The notes under the pieces were generated by a model. It saw only the letters and a list, made by a program, of their open reading frames with translations, ran no database searches and was not told the origin of the DNA. From the NCBI GenBank assembly GCA_963794325.1, contig CAWCDG010000003.1, positions 224,001 through 288,000 on the forward strand: DNA of 64,000 bases, given 5' to 3'. Position numbers and translations under genes: made by a program. Origin of the DNA: an uncultured delta proteobacterium (GTDB lineage: Bacteria > Desulfobacterota > Binatia > Binatales > Binataceae). Positions 41,336 through 51,274 of this stretch are shown here, piece after piece (the stretch's first letter is position 1; each line of letters opens with the position of its first letter).

Positions 41336-42121
41336 ATGCCGAGCCGAATTCATCAATTCTACGCGGTGGCCTTCGAGGAGAACTTTTCGCTCCGCCAGAT
41401 CGCGCCCGCATTTCCGGAGGCAAGGACCTCGCCGCTCGAGATGTTCGTGCCGGTCGAGTCCGACGGCGGCCTCTACTTCTTTCCCTTTGGCGCAATCGTT
41501 ACGCACGACGTCCCGTCCGATCAGCGCGAGCGAATCTTCGGCCGCCTCACCCAGGTTCTGCCTAAACTCACCACCCGGATCATCCGCGAAGATTACTCGG
41601 TACTCGAGGACCCCGCCGCGACCATCGGAATCTCCAACGGGATGCTGCGGGTTGACAAGCTCACCCCGCAGCGCGCGGGAATCGTCGCGCTGACTGTGGG
41701 GCAGAGCGCCGCGATGGAATACTACGAGCGCATCGTGGACGACCTGTTCGCGCGGACTTCCCAGTTGGTCGAACGAATGGCGACGCGCGGAACCGTGCCG
41801 TATCGGGTCACGCCGCTCCATCGCTTTATCGGCGAGGCGATTTCGTCGCGTACCGAAGTTCTCGCCGTGCTCCACCTGCTCGATAAACCCGACGCGGCAT
41901 GGGAAGACTTCGCGATGGATCTCATCTACGACGACCTGCGAGACGAGTTCGACCTCGTCGATCGCTACGCCGCCCTGACCAGCAAGCTGCAAAGCATCCA
42001 GGAATCGCTGGTCCTCGTGCTGGACGTCGCGCGCGATCGCCGGCTGGTATTGCTCGAAGTAATCGTCGTGCTGCTGATTTTGCTCGAAGTGATTCTCAGC
42101 ATCGGGCACTTCACCTTGTAG
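41336..42121 (+). CDS. RMD1/DUF155-family protein
   Basis: FPFGAIV, LLDKPD..W, YDDLRDEFDL..R, C-terminal TM LE.IVV.LI..E. Confidence 0.75.
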   Translation: MPSRIHQFYAVAFEENFSLRQIAPAFPEARTSPLEMFVPVESDGGLYFFPFGAIVTHDVPSDQRERIFGRLTQVLPKLTTRIIREDYSVLEDPAATIGISNGMLRVDKLTPQRAGIVALTVGQSAAMEYYERIVDDLFARTSQLVERMATRGTVPYRVTPLHRFIGEAISSRTEVLAVLHLLDKPDAAWEDFAMDLIYDDLRDEFDLVDRYAALTSKLQSIQESLVLVLDVARDRRLVLLEVIVVLLILLEVILSIGHFTL

Positions 42122-42222
42122 GATTATTCGACAACTCGCGTTAATATTGCCGCAACACTCGTCTGGTACTTTCATCATCGCGCGAACTATATTGTCGCAC
42201 CTTGGATCGTTGGGAGCATTCG

Positions 42223-42663
42223 ATGTCGGACGAAATTCCATCTCGCGAAAAACCTTTCGACGCCGGACTCGTGCTGCCGGGACAATACGCTGACCTGGTC
42301 AGGCGGAATCACGTTATCGAAGGCGAGCTGAAACTTCTGCTGGCCGTCCTGGAAGACGCGATTCGATGCTATCTGCGAAACGTGAACAGCAAGGAAGGCG
42401 AGCGCCGCCGCGACTTCGTCGAGGTCAGAAACTGGTTCGAAGGCAATCGAACCGGCGCACTGGGCGGCGATATTTTTAGCTTCGAGAATCTGTGCGCGGC
42501 GCTTAGCATCGAGCCGCTCGTCCTGCTCACGCGCCTCAAGATCCTGACTATCGGCGATCTTCCGTCGCGCCGTTACCAGATGCGCCGGCATCGGCCGCTG
42601 TCGAGCCTCCGGCGTCCCAACGGAATGCGCAAACGTGGCGCCGCGCACTCCCACGGCACGTGA
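42223..42663 (+). CDS. Hypothetical protein with a basic C-terminal tail
   Basis: GGGAG RBS; helical motif LLLAVLEDAI...EVRNWF...FSFENLC..L.I. Confidence 0.7.
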   Translation: MSDEIPSREKPFDAGLVLPGQYADLVRRNHVIEGELKLLLAVLEDAIRCYLRNVNSKEGERRRDFVEVRNWFEGNRTGALGGDIFSFENLCAALSIEPLVLLTRLKILTIGDLPSRRYQMRRHRPLSSLRRPNGMRKRGAAHSHGT

Positions 42664-42691
42664 CGGTACCCTTGCATACCGCGGTCCGCGG

Positions 42692-43204
42692 TCAATCGAA
42701 CTGCCATCTAGTCGCGCTGCCCTGAAATTCCCCGGGCGTCGCATCGACGCCGATCACCTTGCGCGGACGCACCGCGAAAATCGGGCCCATATCGAGTACC
42801 GTTTCGGGTTTGAGATCCCACTGGTATTTCGGATTGTACGCTTCGACGAATCGCCGGATCGCCGCCGCATCGGTGACTGGTTCGGCGATTCCTTCCAGCG
42901 AAACCGCTTGAGTTCCATCTTCGGGGCATACGACGCAATTTGGATTTGTCGCGAGATTGCGCACCTTGCGCGACTTCGCGCCGCTGCTGAAGCAGAACGC
43001 GTCGTCGATCCATACACCCCACACCGGCACGCAATGCGGCCGGCCGTCGGGACACGTCGTCGCCACCCAATAATTGCGAGCCTTTTCTAGTCGCTCGACC
43101 GCCCAATCCCACGGCAGCAGCCCTCGACCGCCGCTCGCGTCGAGGATTCCATATCCTGGCATGTAAGGCCGACTTGCTTCTGGCGTCGCGCGCTTGGTTT
43201 CCAT
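42692..43204 (-). CDS. Pyridoxamine 5'-phosphate oxidase-family protein
   Basis: YW.AT..PDGRPH..PVWGVW, SRK.RNL..NP. Confidence 0.85.
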   Translation of the reverse strand: METKRATPEASRPYMPGYGILDASGGRGLLPWDWAVERLEKARNYWVATTCPDGRPHCVPVWGVWIDDAFCFSSGAKSRKVRNLATNPNCVVCPEDGTQAVSLEGIAEPVTDAAAIRRFVEAYNPKYQWDLKPETVLDMGPIFAVRPRKVIGVDATPGEFQGSATRWQFD

Positions 43205-43395
43205 GCCGCCCACGATCTCACCCGCGGATTATTTCGCGCAACCCGGCAGGCCCAAAAAGCCGAAAACCAAAGAGACAAAATAATTGCGCGAGACGCGAGG
43301 CCGGAGGAGTCGCCGGGACTTACCCGGGATGCTCCGAGCCTGTGCCGCGCTCGCGCAAAATCAAAACCGGAAAAACCAAAGCGGACTAACTTTCG

Positions 43396-43710
43396 TCAGT
43401 CACGCCATCTTGCCCAGTCATGATGATGTTCGTGGACCCAGTCCGGATGATGGTCGTACCACCAATCACGATCGCGCCACACATGGCCTTCGTCCCAATC
43501 GCCATCGTGGTCACGCCATTCCGGGTATGCGTTCACCCATTCGGGATGATGATGCCAGACCCAACCCGGATGGTTGTTATGCCACCAGTGCGCATCGTGC
43601 CATTCATGATGGTCATCCCAATCGCCCCAATGGTCTGCATGAGCAACCACCGGCGCAGCCGCAAACAGTGCAGTCAGGGCCGCAGCGGTGAAAAAAGTCC
43701 GAAGTTTCAT
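43396..43710 (-). CDS. Small secreted Trp/His/Asp-rich repeat protein
   Basis: AAGGAGG RBS, signal peptide ending AHA, two 30-aa repeats. Confidence 0.8.
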   Translation of the reverse strand: MKLRTFFTAAALTALFAAAPVVAHADHWGDWDDHHEWHDAHWWHNNHPGWVWHHHPEWVNAYPEWRDHDGDWDEGHVWRDRDWWYDHHPDWVHEHHHDWARWRD

Positions 43711-43932
43711 TGCCGGATACCTCCTTGGCAAAAGCAAAAGAGACAGATTGATCGGGGAAGATAACCCCACGCGATCAATTACGGAGCATCGACAATGCCA
43801 GTTTCAGGCGGACCGGAAATCCTGAAAAATCAGTGATCTTCAGAGGGCAGGGGCACCGCGGGTGAGAAGCGGGCCAGGAAAAATCTACACAAGGAACAAG
43901 TGAGGGTAACTCGATGTTGCGTAAAAATTCTT

Positions 43933-44008
43933 TGGTGGGCAGGGAGTGAATCGAACACTCGACACAAGGATTTTCAGTCCTTTGCTCTACCGACTGAGCT
44001 ACCTGCCC
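43933..44008 (-). tRNA. tRNA-Phe(GAA)
   Basis: GGGCAGGTAGCTCAGTCGGTAGAGC...CTGAAAA...GTTCGATTC...CCTGCCCACCA, 76 nt. Confidence 0.97.
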
Positions 44009-44083
44009 ACCGTGACGCGACGCGTTCGCGATGAGGCGAACCTTCATTCGTACCGATGATTACCGCGCCGTGCAACGGCTCGC

Positions 44084-45067
44084 TTATCGTTTGAGTTCGG
44101 CCACTCGCGACTCGACGAAATCTATCACCTTGCCCTCCAGGTTCGCGCCGTCGAGCCGGTCGATCTCCTGCACCCCGGTCGGGCTCGTCACGTTCACCTC
44201 GGTCAGATAGTCGCCGATGATATCGAGGCCTACGAAATACAGCCCGTCGCGCTCCAGCCGCGGCTTCAGCATCGCACAGATTTCGCGATCGCGCGCCGTG
44301 ATCGGCGCCTTCACGCAATTGCCGCCGACATGGATATTCCCGCGATGCTCGTCGTCGCGCGGCACTCGCAGCGTGCATCCGAGCGGCTCGCCGTTCAGCA
44401 CTATCAGCCGCTTGTCGCCTTTGCGCGCCTCGGGGAGATAGCGCTGCGCCATGATTAGCCGCGTTTCGAATTGCGTCACGGTCTCGAGAATCGCGCCGAG
44501 GTTGCGATCCTTCGAAGTAGCGAGGAACACACCTTCGCCGCCGTGCCCGTCGAGCGGTTTGACGATCATCTCGCCGCCCTGTTCCTCGAGGAAAGCCTTG
44601 AGCCTTGGAATTTCATAGGTCACCAGCGTCGGCGGGATCGCATCGGGGAAATTCAGCGAGTAGAGCTTTTCGTTAGCCTCGCGCAGCCCGGCTGGATTGT
44701 TGAGCACGAACGTCTGCCGCTCATCGGCCAGGCTCAGCAGCATCGTCGTGTAAAGGTAGGCCGCGTCGGCCGGCGGGTCCTTGCGCATGAAGACCGCATC
44801 GAAGTGCTCGATCGGATACTCGCCGCCGTCGTCGAGAAACTTGTAATGAGGATTCCCGCGCCGCGTCAGCTCGCATTGCCGCACCCGCGCAATCACCTTC
44901 CGGCCGCGGGCGAAGAGGTCCCGCAGCCCGAGGAAATAAATTTCGTGGCCGCGGAACTGCGCCTCGAGCATGAACACGAACGTGGTGTCCTTGTCGACGA
45001 TCACCCGGTCGAGCGGGTCCATGATAAACGCAAACTTGCGCGCGCTCGTCTTATTCCGTTTCGGCAT
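44084..45067 (-). CDS. gshB: Glutathione synthetase
   Basis: FIMDP, MRKDPP, KPLDG.GG, GDKR, RGN...GG, EVNVTSPTG. Confidence 0.96.
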   Translation of the reverse strand: MPKRNKTSARKFAFIMDPLDRVIVDKDTTFVFMLEAQFRGHEIYFLGLRDLFARGRKVIARVRQCELTRRGNPHYKFLDDGGEYPIEHFDAVFMRKDPPADAAYLYTTMLLSLADERQTFVLNNPAGLREANEKLYSLNFPDAIPPTLVTYEIPRLKAFLEEQGGEMIVKPLDGHGGEGVFLATSKDRNLGAILETVTQFETRLIMAQRYLPEARKGDKRLIVLNGEPLGCTLRVPRDDEHRGNIHVGGNCVKAPITARDREICAMLKPRLERDGLYFVGLDIIGDYLTEVNVTSPTGVQEIDRLDGANLEGKVIDFVESRVAELKR

Positions 45068-45794
45068 CTTCTCCTGATCCTTGTCTTAACCCCTGTGCGA
45101 TGCTGACCGCTGCCAGAGCCGCTGTCTCGCTTCTGAGACGATTTGGTCCAAGTCCGGCGGCGACGAAGCCGGCTGTTGCGGCCTTCGCGCGTTCGTTGGC
45201 GTCGAAATCGCCCTCCGGTCCGACCGCTATCAATATCGCACGCGGATGCGCGCGTCGAATCACGCTGCTGAGCGGCTCACTGCCTTGCGCGCAGACTACG
45301 GCTAGCGTTTCCGGTGGCACGCTGCGAATCAAGTCGTCGATGCTGACTGGCGATCGCACTTCCATCGCGGATGTGGACTGGCTTTGCTTGGCGGCGGCGA
45401 GGGCGAGCCGGCGCCATCTTGCGACGCGCTCCGCACCCGGTGTCCGGACCAGGCCGCGTGCGCATATAAGAGGCCAGAGTTCGGACGCGCCTAGCTCGGC
45501 TGCTTTCTCGACTATGAGGTCCATGCGCGGGCCTTTGATGATTGCGGCTGCGAGGATGATTTGAGGTCGAGCGGGGGAGGGCGACGATGACTCGACGCGA
45601 ATCACGGCGCGGTCGCGTTCATAACGATCGATCACGCCGCGATGTTCGACGCCGGCGGGATCGAGTAGCGACACGGGCGCATCGAGCGGCAGGCGCAGGA
45701 CGGTGCGCATGTGATGCAACTCTGCGCCATCGACGTGCGCGAGGCCTGACGCGTCGGGTGCGCGCGCGATCGAAAAACGGCGCGGCGATGCCAT
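45051..45794 (-). CDS. rsmE: 16S rRNA m3U1498 methyltransferase
   Basis: HH...VLRL, EKAAELG, VGPEG.F, LGPN.LR.ETA. Confidence 0.92.
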   Translation of the reverse strand: MASPRRFSIARAPDASGLAHVDGAELHHMRTVLRLPLDAPVSLLDPAGVEHRGVIDRYERDRAVIRVESSSPSPARPQIILAAAIIKGPRMDLIVEKAAELGASELWPLICARGLVRTPGAERVARWRRLALAAAKQSQSTSAMEVRSPVSIDDLIRSVPPETLAVVCAQGSEPLSSVIRRAHPRAILIAVGPEGDFDANERAKAATAGFVAAGLGPNRLRSETAALAAVSIAQGLRQGSGEDAETE

Positions 45795-46726
45795 CAGCGT
45801 GGCGCCCGCGCTATCACGAGCGTCGTCCATCCGCGATGCGTCTTGCGGCTGAGGCATCGGAGCGGCGACCGGTAATGGGTCAGCACTTCGCCGGCTTCGT
45901 CGGCGAGGAAGCCGCCGAGCACGATGCGTCCGCCGGGCGCGACGATTCGCTTCAGATGCGGCGCGAGCTCAATCAACGTGCCGCTCAGAATATTCGCCAC
46001 GATCAGATCGAAATGGCGATGTATCGAAACGAGCGGCACCGACGAGAATCGGATCGACTTCTCGACGCCGTTGAGGCGCGCATTGGCGCGCGCGTTTTCC
46101 AGCGCCAGCGCATCGATATCAATTGCGATTATTTCGGCGCTTCGATCGCCGAGTAGCGCCGCCGCGATCGCCAGCACTCCCGAGCCGGTGCCCGCATCGA
46201 GGATCGACCGCGGCTTATGCGTGCCGATGATCGACTCGATCGCACGCAGCGCGCCCGCCGTCGTCGGATGGTGTCCGGTGCCGAACGCCCGCGCCGGTTG
46301 GACGACGATAGTCGTGCGGCCCGCCTGATGTTCGCGCTTCCACGGCGGAACGATCAGCATTCGGCGCCCGACACGAAAAGGCCCGAAACGTTTCATCCAG
46401 AGCGTGGACCATCCGGGATCGACGATTTTGCGCGCACCGTCAACGACGGCGCCGTCAGCCAGCATCCCGGCCTGCTCCAACGAAAGTTTGAGACGCGACA
46501 GATCGCTCGCGGAAATCGCATCGAAGTAAGCTTCGAGCGCGACGGTCTTCTGCTCCCGCGCCCGCGGGAGTTTCATCCCGGCGACGGCGCATCCGATAGC
46601 GCCGCCCGCCACGAGGATTCCCGCGGCTTCATCCGCAAGATGCGCGTGCGTGCGGAATATCGCTCGCGTGTAACTACGGCGAGATGCGGTTGCGCGTTGC
46701 ATAATGGCCGGGCTGGAGTTTGGCAT
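45794..46726 (-). CDS. prmA: Ribosomal protein L11 methyltransferase
   Basis: AFGTG.HPTT, LD.GTGSG.LAIAA, VANIL; the track ORF extension to 46828 is translated REP. Confidence 0.9.
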   Translation of the reverse strand: MPNSSPAIMQRATASRRSYTRAIFRTHAHLADEAAGILVAGGAIGCAVAGMKLPRAREQKTVALEAYFDAISASDLSRLKLSLEQAGMLADGAVVDGARKIVDPGWSTLWMKRFGPFRVGRRMLIVPPWKREHQAGRTTIVVQPARAFGTGHHPTTAGALRAIESIIGTHKPRSILDAGTGSGVLAIAAALLGDRSAEIIAIDIDALALENARANARLNGVEKSIRFSSVPLVSIHRHFDLIVANILSGTLIELAPHLKRIVAPGGRIVLGGFLADEAGEVLTHYRSPLRCLSRKTHRGWTTLVIARAPR

Positions 46727-46752
46727 CCGCGCAGATTTCTTTCGAGGGGCTG

Positions 46753-46828
46753 GTGGCACAGGCTTTAGCCTGTGATTTTCTGGTCCATGCAAATCGAGGA
46801 AGGAATTACAGGCTGGAGCCTGTGCCAC
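46753..46828. repeat. REPIN-like inverted REP doublet
   Basis: GTGGCACAGGCTTTAGCCTGTG (46753-46774) and ACAGGCTGGAGCCTGTGCCAC (46808-46828). Confidence 0.75.
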
Positions 46829-46998
46829 GTGCAGAAAGCTCCGGGATTCTTCGCTGCGCTATGAATGACTCGAAGAGGGCGAATGCACAAAGGTGTTGTG
46901 GATGGGATAAGCGGGGTGGGTTTGCGCCTTTGCGCGATGGGCGCGTAAACTTGGGTCATTATTAGACTTCGATTTTTTCATGCTGGTGGAGGCGGGCT

Positions 46999-47700
46999 GT
47001 GCTGAACATAGCCCATCGCGGGGCGAGCGGCACTTTTCCCGAGAACACCCTGAGCGCATTTCGCGCCGCTATCGACGCGGGTGCGGATATGTGCGAGCTC
47101 GACGTACAGCTCACGCGCGACGGCGCCGTCGTTGTCATTCATGACGAGACCGTCGAGCGCACTACCGACGGCAAGGGCGAAGTCGTGGAGCTGACGCTTG
47201 AAGAGATCAGGCGGCTGGATGCGGGCGCGAAATTTAAGGGCGGGGTGATCAAGAGCGAGCGGATTCCTACGCTCGATGAAGTGTTTGACGTCACCAGCGG
47301 CAGGTGCGGACTGAATATCGAGCTCAAGGCGGGCGGGGTCGAGCATCAGGTTGCGCAGATCATGCAGGCGCGCAATGCGTTCAGCGACAGTGTCGTGTCG
47401 AGCTTCGATTGGGAGTTCCTGAAAAAAATCCAGCAGCTGCATTTTAATGTTCGCGTCGGATTGCTCGCCGAGGAAAAGCCGGTCGACCTGATGATGAACG
47501 CGGTCGCGATGCGTGCGCATTCGATTAACCCGCGTTGGGACATGGTCACCGCCGACCTGTGCAAGGCGGCGCACGAGCGCGGCCTCAAGGTGTACACCTG
47601 GACCGTCGATGCGGACGCGCGGATGCGCGCGCTGATCGAATGCGGCGTTGACGGTATCATGACGAATTATCCCGAGCGCTTGCGGACAGTGAAAAAGTGA
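46999..47700 (+). CDS. Glycerophosphodiester phosphodiesterase
   Basis: IAHRGAS...PENTL, E.DVQLT.DG, IHD, NIELK, WTV. Confidence 0.92.
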   Translation: MLNIAHRGASGTFPENTLSAFRAAIDAGADMCELDVQLTRDGAVVVIHDETVERTTDGKGEVVELTLEEIRRLDAGAKFKGGVIKSERIPTLDEVFDVTSGRCGLNIELKAGGVEHQVAQIMQARNAFSDSVVSSFDWEFLKKIQQLHFNVRVGLLAEEKPVDLMMNAVAMRAHSINPRWDMVTADLCKAAHERGLKVYTWTVDADARMRALIECGVDGIMTNYPERLRTVKK

Positions 47701-47718
47701 TAAAGTGATGGGCGGCTG

Positions 47719-49528
47719 ATGGCGCAGTTCGGCGACAGCAAAGTTGAAGAGGTCCGCGCCCGCGCCGATATCATCGAAATAATCGGCTCACACGTCCGTC
47801 TGCGCCGCGCGGGGCGCAACTTCGTCGGGCCTGTGCCCGTTCCATAACGAGAAGACGCCGTCGTTCTCAGTGAATGCCGAGCGTGGATTCTTCCATTGCT
47901 TCGGATGCGGCGTTGGCGGCAGCGTGTTCGATTTCATCATGCGCGTCGAAGGCCTTACCTTCGGCGAAGCGCTTCGTTCCCTCGCAAAAAAATACGGCGT
48001 GACACTTCCCGAACACGATGTATCGGGACCCGCGGCGGGCGAGCGCGAAGCGATGCTCAAGGCGAGCGAGGTCGCCGCCGAATTTTTCGCGCACGTGCTG
48101 TGGAACACAACCGACGGCGCGATGGCCCGCGATTACCTGAAGTCGCGCGGTATCAGCGTCGAGACGGCCCGCGCGTTCATGTTGGGATACGCGCCGAGCC
48201 GGCCCGCATCGCTGGCGAAGGCGCTCGAGAAGCGCGGCTTGCGCGAGGCAGGGGTCAAGGTCGGGCTGGTCAAGAAAGACGGCGACGCCGCCTACGACAT
48301 GTTTCGCGCGCGCGTGATGTTCCCGATTCGCGACGCGCAAGGCCGCGCGATTGCATTCGGCGGCCGCGTGCTCGACGCGCGCCTGCCCAAATACATCAAC
48401 TCGCCCGAGTCGCCGTTGTACTCGAAAGCGCGGACGCTCTACGGATTGTTCGAAGCACGGCAGGCGATTTCATCGACCGCGACATCGGGGAGAGATCGCG
48501 CAATTCTCGTCGAAGGATACTTCGACGTGATTGCTCTGTGGCAGGCCGGATTTAAAGAAGCGGTCGCGGGATGCGGCACGGCGCTGACCGTCGATCAGCT
48601 TCGGGTGCTTGCTCGCTACACGAAAAATGTGATCGCATGCTTCGACGGCGACGCGGCGGGGCGGAAAGCCTCGATGCGGGCACTGGAGATCTTCCTGCAG
48701 GCGGGGTTGCTCGGGCGGGGAATATTTATTCCGTCGGGTTTCGATCCCGACACCTTCGTCCGCGAGCGCGGCGAATCCGCGTTCGCGGAGCTGACCGAGA
48801 AATCCGAGTTGCTGGTCGATTATTTCATTCGAGATCAGGTCGAGAAGGTCGGGGGTCCAACTGCGCCTCTGGATAAGAGATTTGAAGCGGCGAAGCTGAT
48901 TTCCGAAAAGCTGCGACTCATCAGCGACGAATTTCAGTTCAATATGATCGTTCGAAAGACCGAGGGCTTGTTGGGCGTTGGCGAGGACGTACTGCGCAAA
49001 GAGGCGCGCGGACCGGGACGGTCCGCGACGCCGTCGCGGTTCGCGCGCGATACGCGCGCGAACCCCAATCCGCCGCCCGCCGCGGCGGGCGGCGGCGACG
49101 CCGGCGCGAAGGCCGAGATCGGCCTTGTCGCGCTGGCGCTGCTCCATCCTGAACTGCGCAATGAAATTGCGCAGTCCAATGCGACGGCGAATTTCGAAGA
49201 AATTCGCCTCGGCGGAGTCCTCGCTGATCTCTGCCGCACCGAGGAGCCATATACCGCGCTCGAGCAATGGATTGCCGATCGATTGACCGCAGATGAGCAG
49301 GGCCGGGTCAGCGAGTTTGCAGTCGGGCCGCAGACCGAGGAGGTCGAGGACGAGACTCAGAAATATTCCGGCGACCTCGAGAAATGCCGCTCGCTGATGA
49401 ACGACTATGTCGTTGCGCTCGAGCGGCGTCGTCGCGCGCGCGAAGTCGGGCGACTGCGCGGGAGCGCCGCGGACGCATCGACCGCGCAGGCCGTGATCGC
49501 GTTGCGGCGCGAGAGCCGCGGCGCGTGA
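47719..49528 (+). CDS. dnaG: DNA primase, with one extra base near 47827-47831
   Basis: ADI.E.I...V.L...GRNF in one frame, then LCPFH.EKTPSF...CFGC in the next; KYINSPE, EGY.D, TOPRIM FDGD.AG. Confidence 0.93.
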
Positions 49529-49538
49529 GGGAATACAC

Positions 49539-49602
49539 ATCAAATGTGAAACCCGCGGTGGGTTTCACGCTTCCTTCGGCATGGGTGACCCTTGCACCCA
49601 GT
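49539..49602 (-). repeat. Intergenic palindromic repeat, copy B (no insertion)
   Basis: Reverse complement ACTGGGTGCAAGGGTCACCCATGCCGAAGGAAGCGTGAAACCCACCGCGGGTTTCAC aligns with 16590-16678. Confidence 0.8.
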
Positions 49603-49711
49603 GAGAGGCGCGAAATGTTGAGGCGTTATTTTGCAGCGTAAGTTTCGACATTCAGCCCTTAATGTTGCTGCACGAACTTGCTACCATCATAAGCGCTTGA
49701 TGCTTTTTCGA

Positions 49712-49787
49712 GGGCCCATAGCTCAGCCAGGTTCAGAGCTGCCGGCTCATAACCGGCTGGTCCCAGGTTCAAATCCTGGTGGGCCCA
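49712..49787 (+). tRNA. tRNA with CAT anticodon, probably tRNA-Ile2; CCA not encoded
   Basis: GGGCCCATAGCTCAG...GCCGGCTCATAACCGGC...GGTTCAAATCC...TGGGCCCA; paired 1-72 and no GGG/CCC anticodon stem, so not the initiator. Confidence 0.88.
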
Positions 49788-49892
49788 TACCATTCGTGCC
49801 CGGTGAACTGAGTGCCGGCGGTTTAGCGATTCTGGAACAAACAGTGGAAAAGAATTTTGCGCGATCGCGCACAACATTAGTGGAGGTACGAC

Positions 49893-50618
49893 TTGCGTGA
49901 AGAGATAACCCGGCTGATGGATCTCCAGATCATCGACCGGCAGCTTCAAGAGTTGGAGCAATCGCTGTCCTCGATTGCTGGGCGTGTTGACCAACTTCGC
50001 GTTGAGAACCAGAACAATCAGACGGAACTCGATCGCCTTACCGATCAAGACAAAACAATAACCTCAACCCGCAAGAAGGCCGAGCGCGAGCTGGCCGAGG
50101 GCGAAGTCAGAATCCGCAACAAGCGGATGCGCTTGACGCTGGTGCGCAACGATAAGGAACTGCAGGCGCTCACGCATGAGATCGAATCGCTGAAAGAAAC
50201 CAATCAGCGGCTCGAGACCGAGTTGCTCATGTCGATGGAAGGCGCGGACGTGCGGACCGCGCGAATCAAGGAGCTGACTGAGGTGATCGCGAAGGGACGC
50301 GTTGATCAGACGGCAGCGGAAAAAGAAATCGCGGCCGAGGTCGAGGAGCTCAAGGGCAATATCGCGAAGCATCGGAAGGCGCGAGAGAAGGTCGCCGAGA
50401 ATATCGACGCCGGCCTGCTGTCGCGCTACCAGATGATTTTCAGCCGCCGTGCTGGCGTCGCGGTTGCGAAGGCGGTGGGCGGAACCTGCCAGGGATGCAG
50501 GATGCGGCTGCCGCCCCAGCTGTACAACGAGATCCAGAAGCATCTGCAAATCCACTTCTGCCCGAACTGCCAGCGCGTGCTGTATTACGAGGAGCCCGCG
50601 GAAAAGGCTGATTCGTAG
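49893..50618 (+). CDS. Coiled-coil plus C4 zinc-ribbon protein (DUF164-like)
   Basis: L..LQ..D, long coiled coil, CQGC...CPNC.R.L; GGAGG RBS with TTG start. Confidence 0.9.
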   Translation: MREEITRLMDLQIIDRQLQELEQSLSSIAGRVDQLRVENQNNQTELDRLTDQDKTITSTRKKAERELAEGEVRIRNKRMRLTLVRNDKELQALTHEIESLKETNQRLETELLMSMEGADVRTARIKELTEVIAKGRVDQTAAEKEIAAEVEELKGNIAKHRKAREKVAENIDAGLLSRYQMIFSRRAGVAVAKAVGGTCQGCRMRLPPQLYNEIQKHLQIHFCPNCQRVLYYEEPAEKADS

Positions 50619-50676
50619 TCAAGGAAGGGGGACCTGACGGAATAAATTCCGCATCTCTGTCGCAGTAGGACGAAAT

Positions 50677-51267
50677 TTATTTCGTCGATTGTTTTTCCTC
50701 GGCAGAGACGGTCCACCGATCGCCCTGCCGAATCAGCGTGAACACTGCCGGCATCGGAATCGATTCCCAGAACGCATAGTCGACATTCGGTATGAAGGCA
50801 TGCAACGCGAGCGCGATCAGATTCCCGTGGCTCGCAACGATCACCGTGCCGGCTTTGTGCCGCGCAGCGACCGTCTCGAGGACCTGCACGACTCTCGACT
50901 GCGCGACGCGACTGCTTTCTCCACCATGCGGTGCATAGTCGAAGTCGTTCCACGAGCACTTGAGATGCTCTCGCCAGTTCGGCAAATCTGCCGGCGAGAG
51001 CAGGCGTTCGCGGAGGTCATCGGCGGTTTCAATGCTGAGGCCGCGTGCGCGCGCGATCGGCTCGATAGTCTGTCGCGCGCGCAGGTAGGGACTCGAATAG
51101 GCAGCATCGATGCGCGTTGAGCCGTGAATCTGGCGCAGCCGCTCCGCATCCCGCATCCCCTTCGCCGTGAGCGGACGATTGAACTCATCGAAGCCCTGCG
51201 TCCCGGGTGCGACCGGCTCGGCGTGGCGCACGAGGAGAACGGTTAATAGGGAATCAGCGCGCGCCAT
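50677..51267 (-). CDS. Histidine phosphatase-family protein
   Basis: LVRHAE, SSPY.RA.QT, GES, SHG. Confidence 0.88.
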   Translation of the reverse strand: MARADSLLTVLLVRHAEPVAPGTQGFDEFNRPLTAKGMRDAERLRQIHGSTRIDAAYSSPYLRARQTIEPIARARGLSIETADDLRERLLSPADLPNWREHLKCSWNDFDYAPHGGESSRVAQSRVVQVLETVAARHKAGTVIVASHGNLIALALHAFIPNVDYAFWESIPMPAVFTLIRQGDRWTVSAEEKQSTK

Positions 51268-51274
51268 CGACTTT

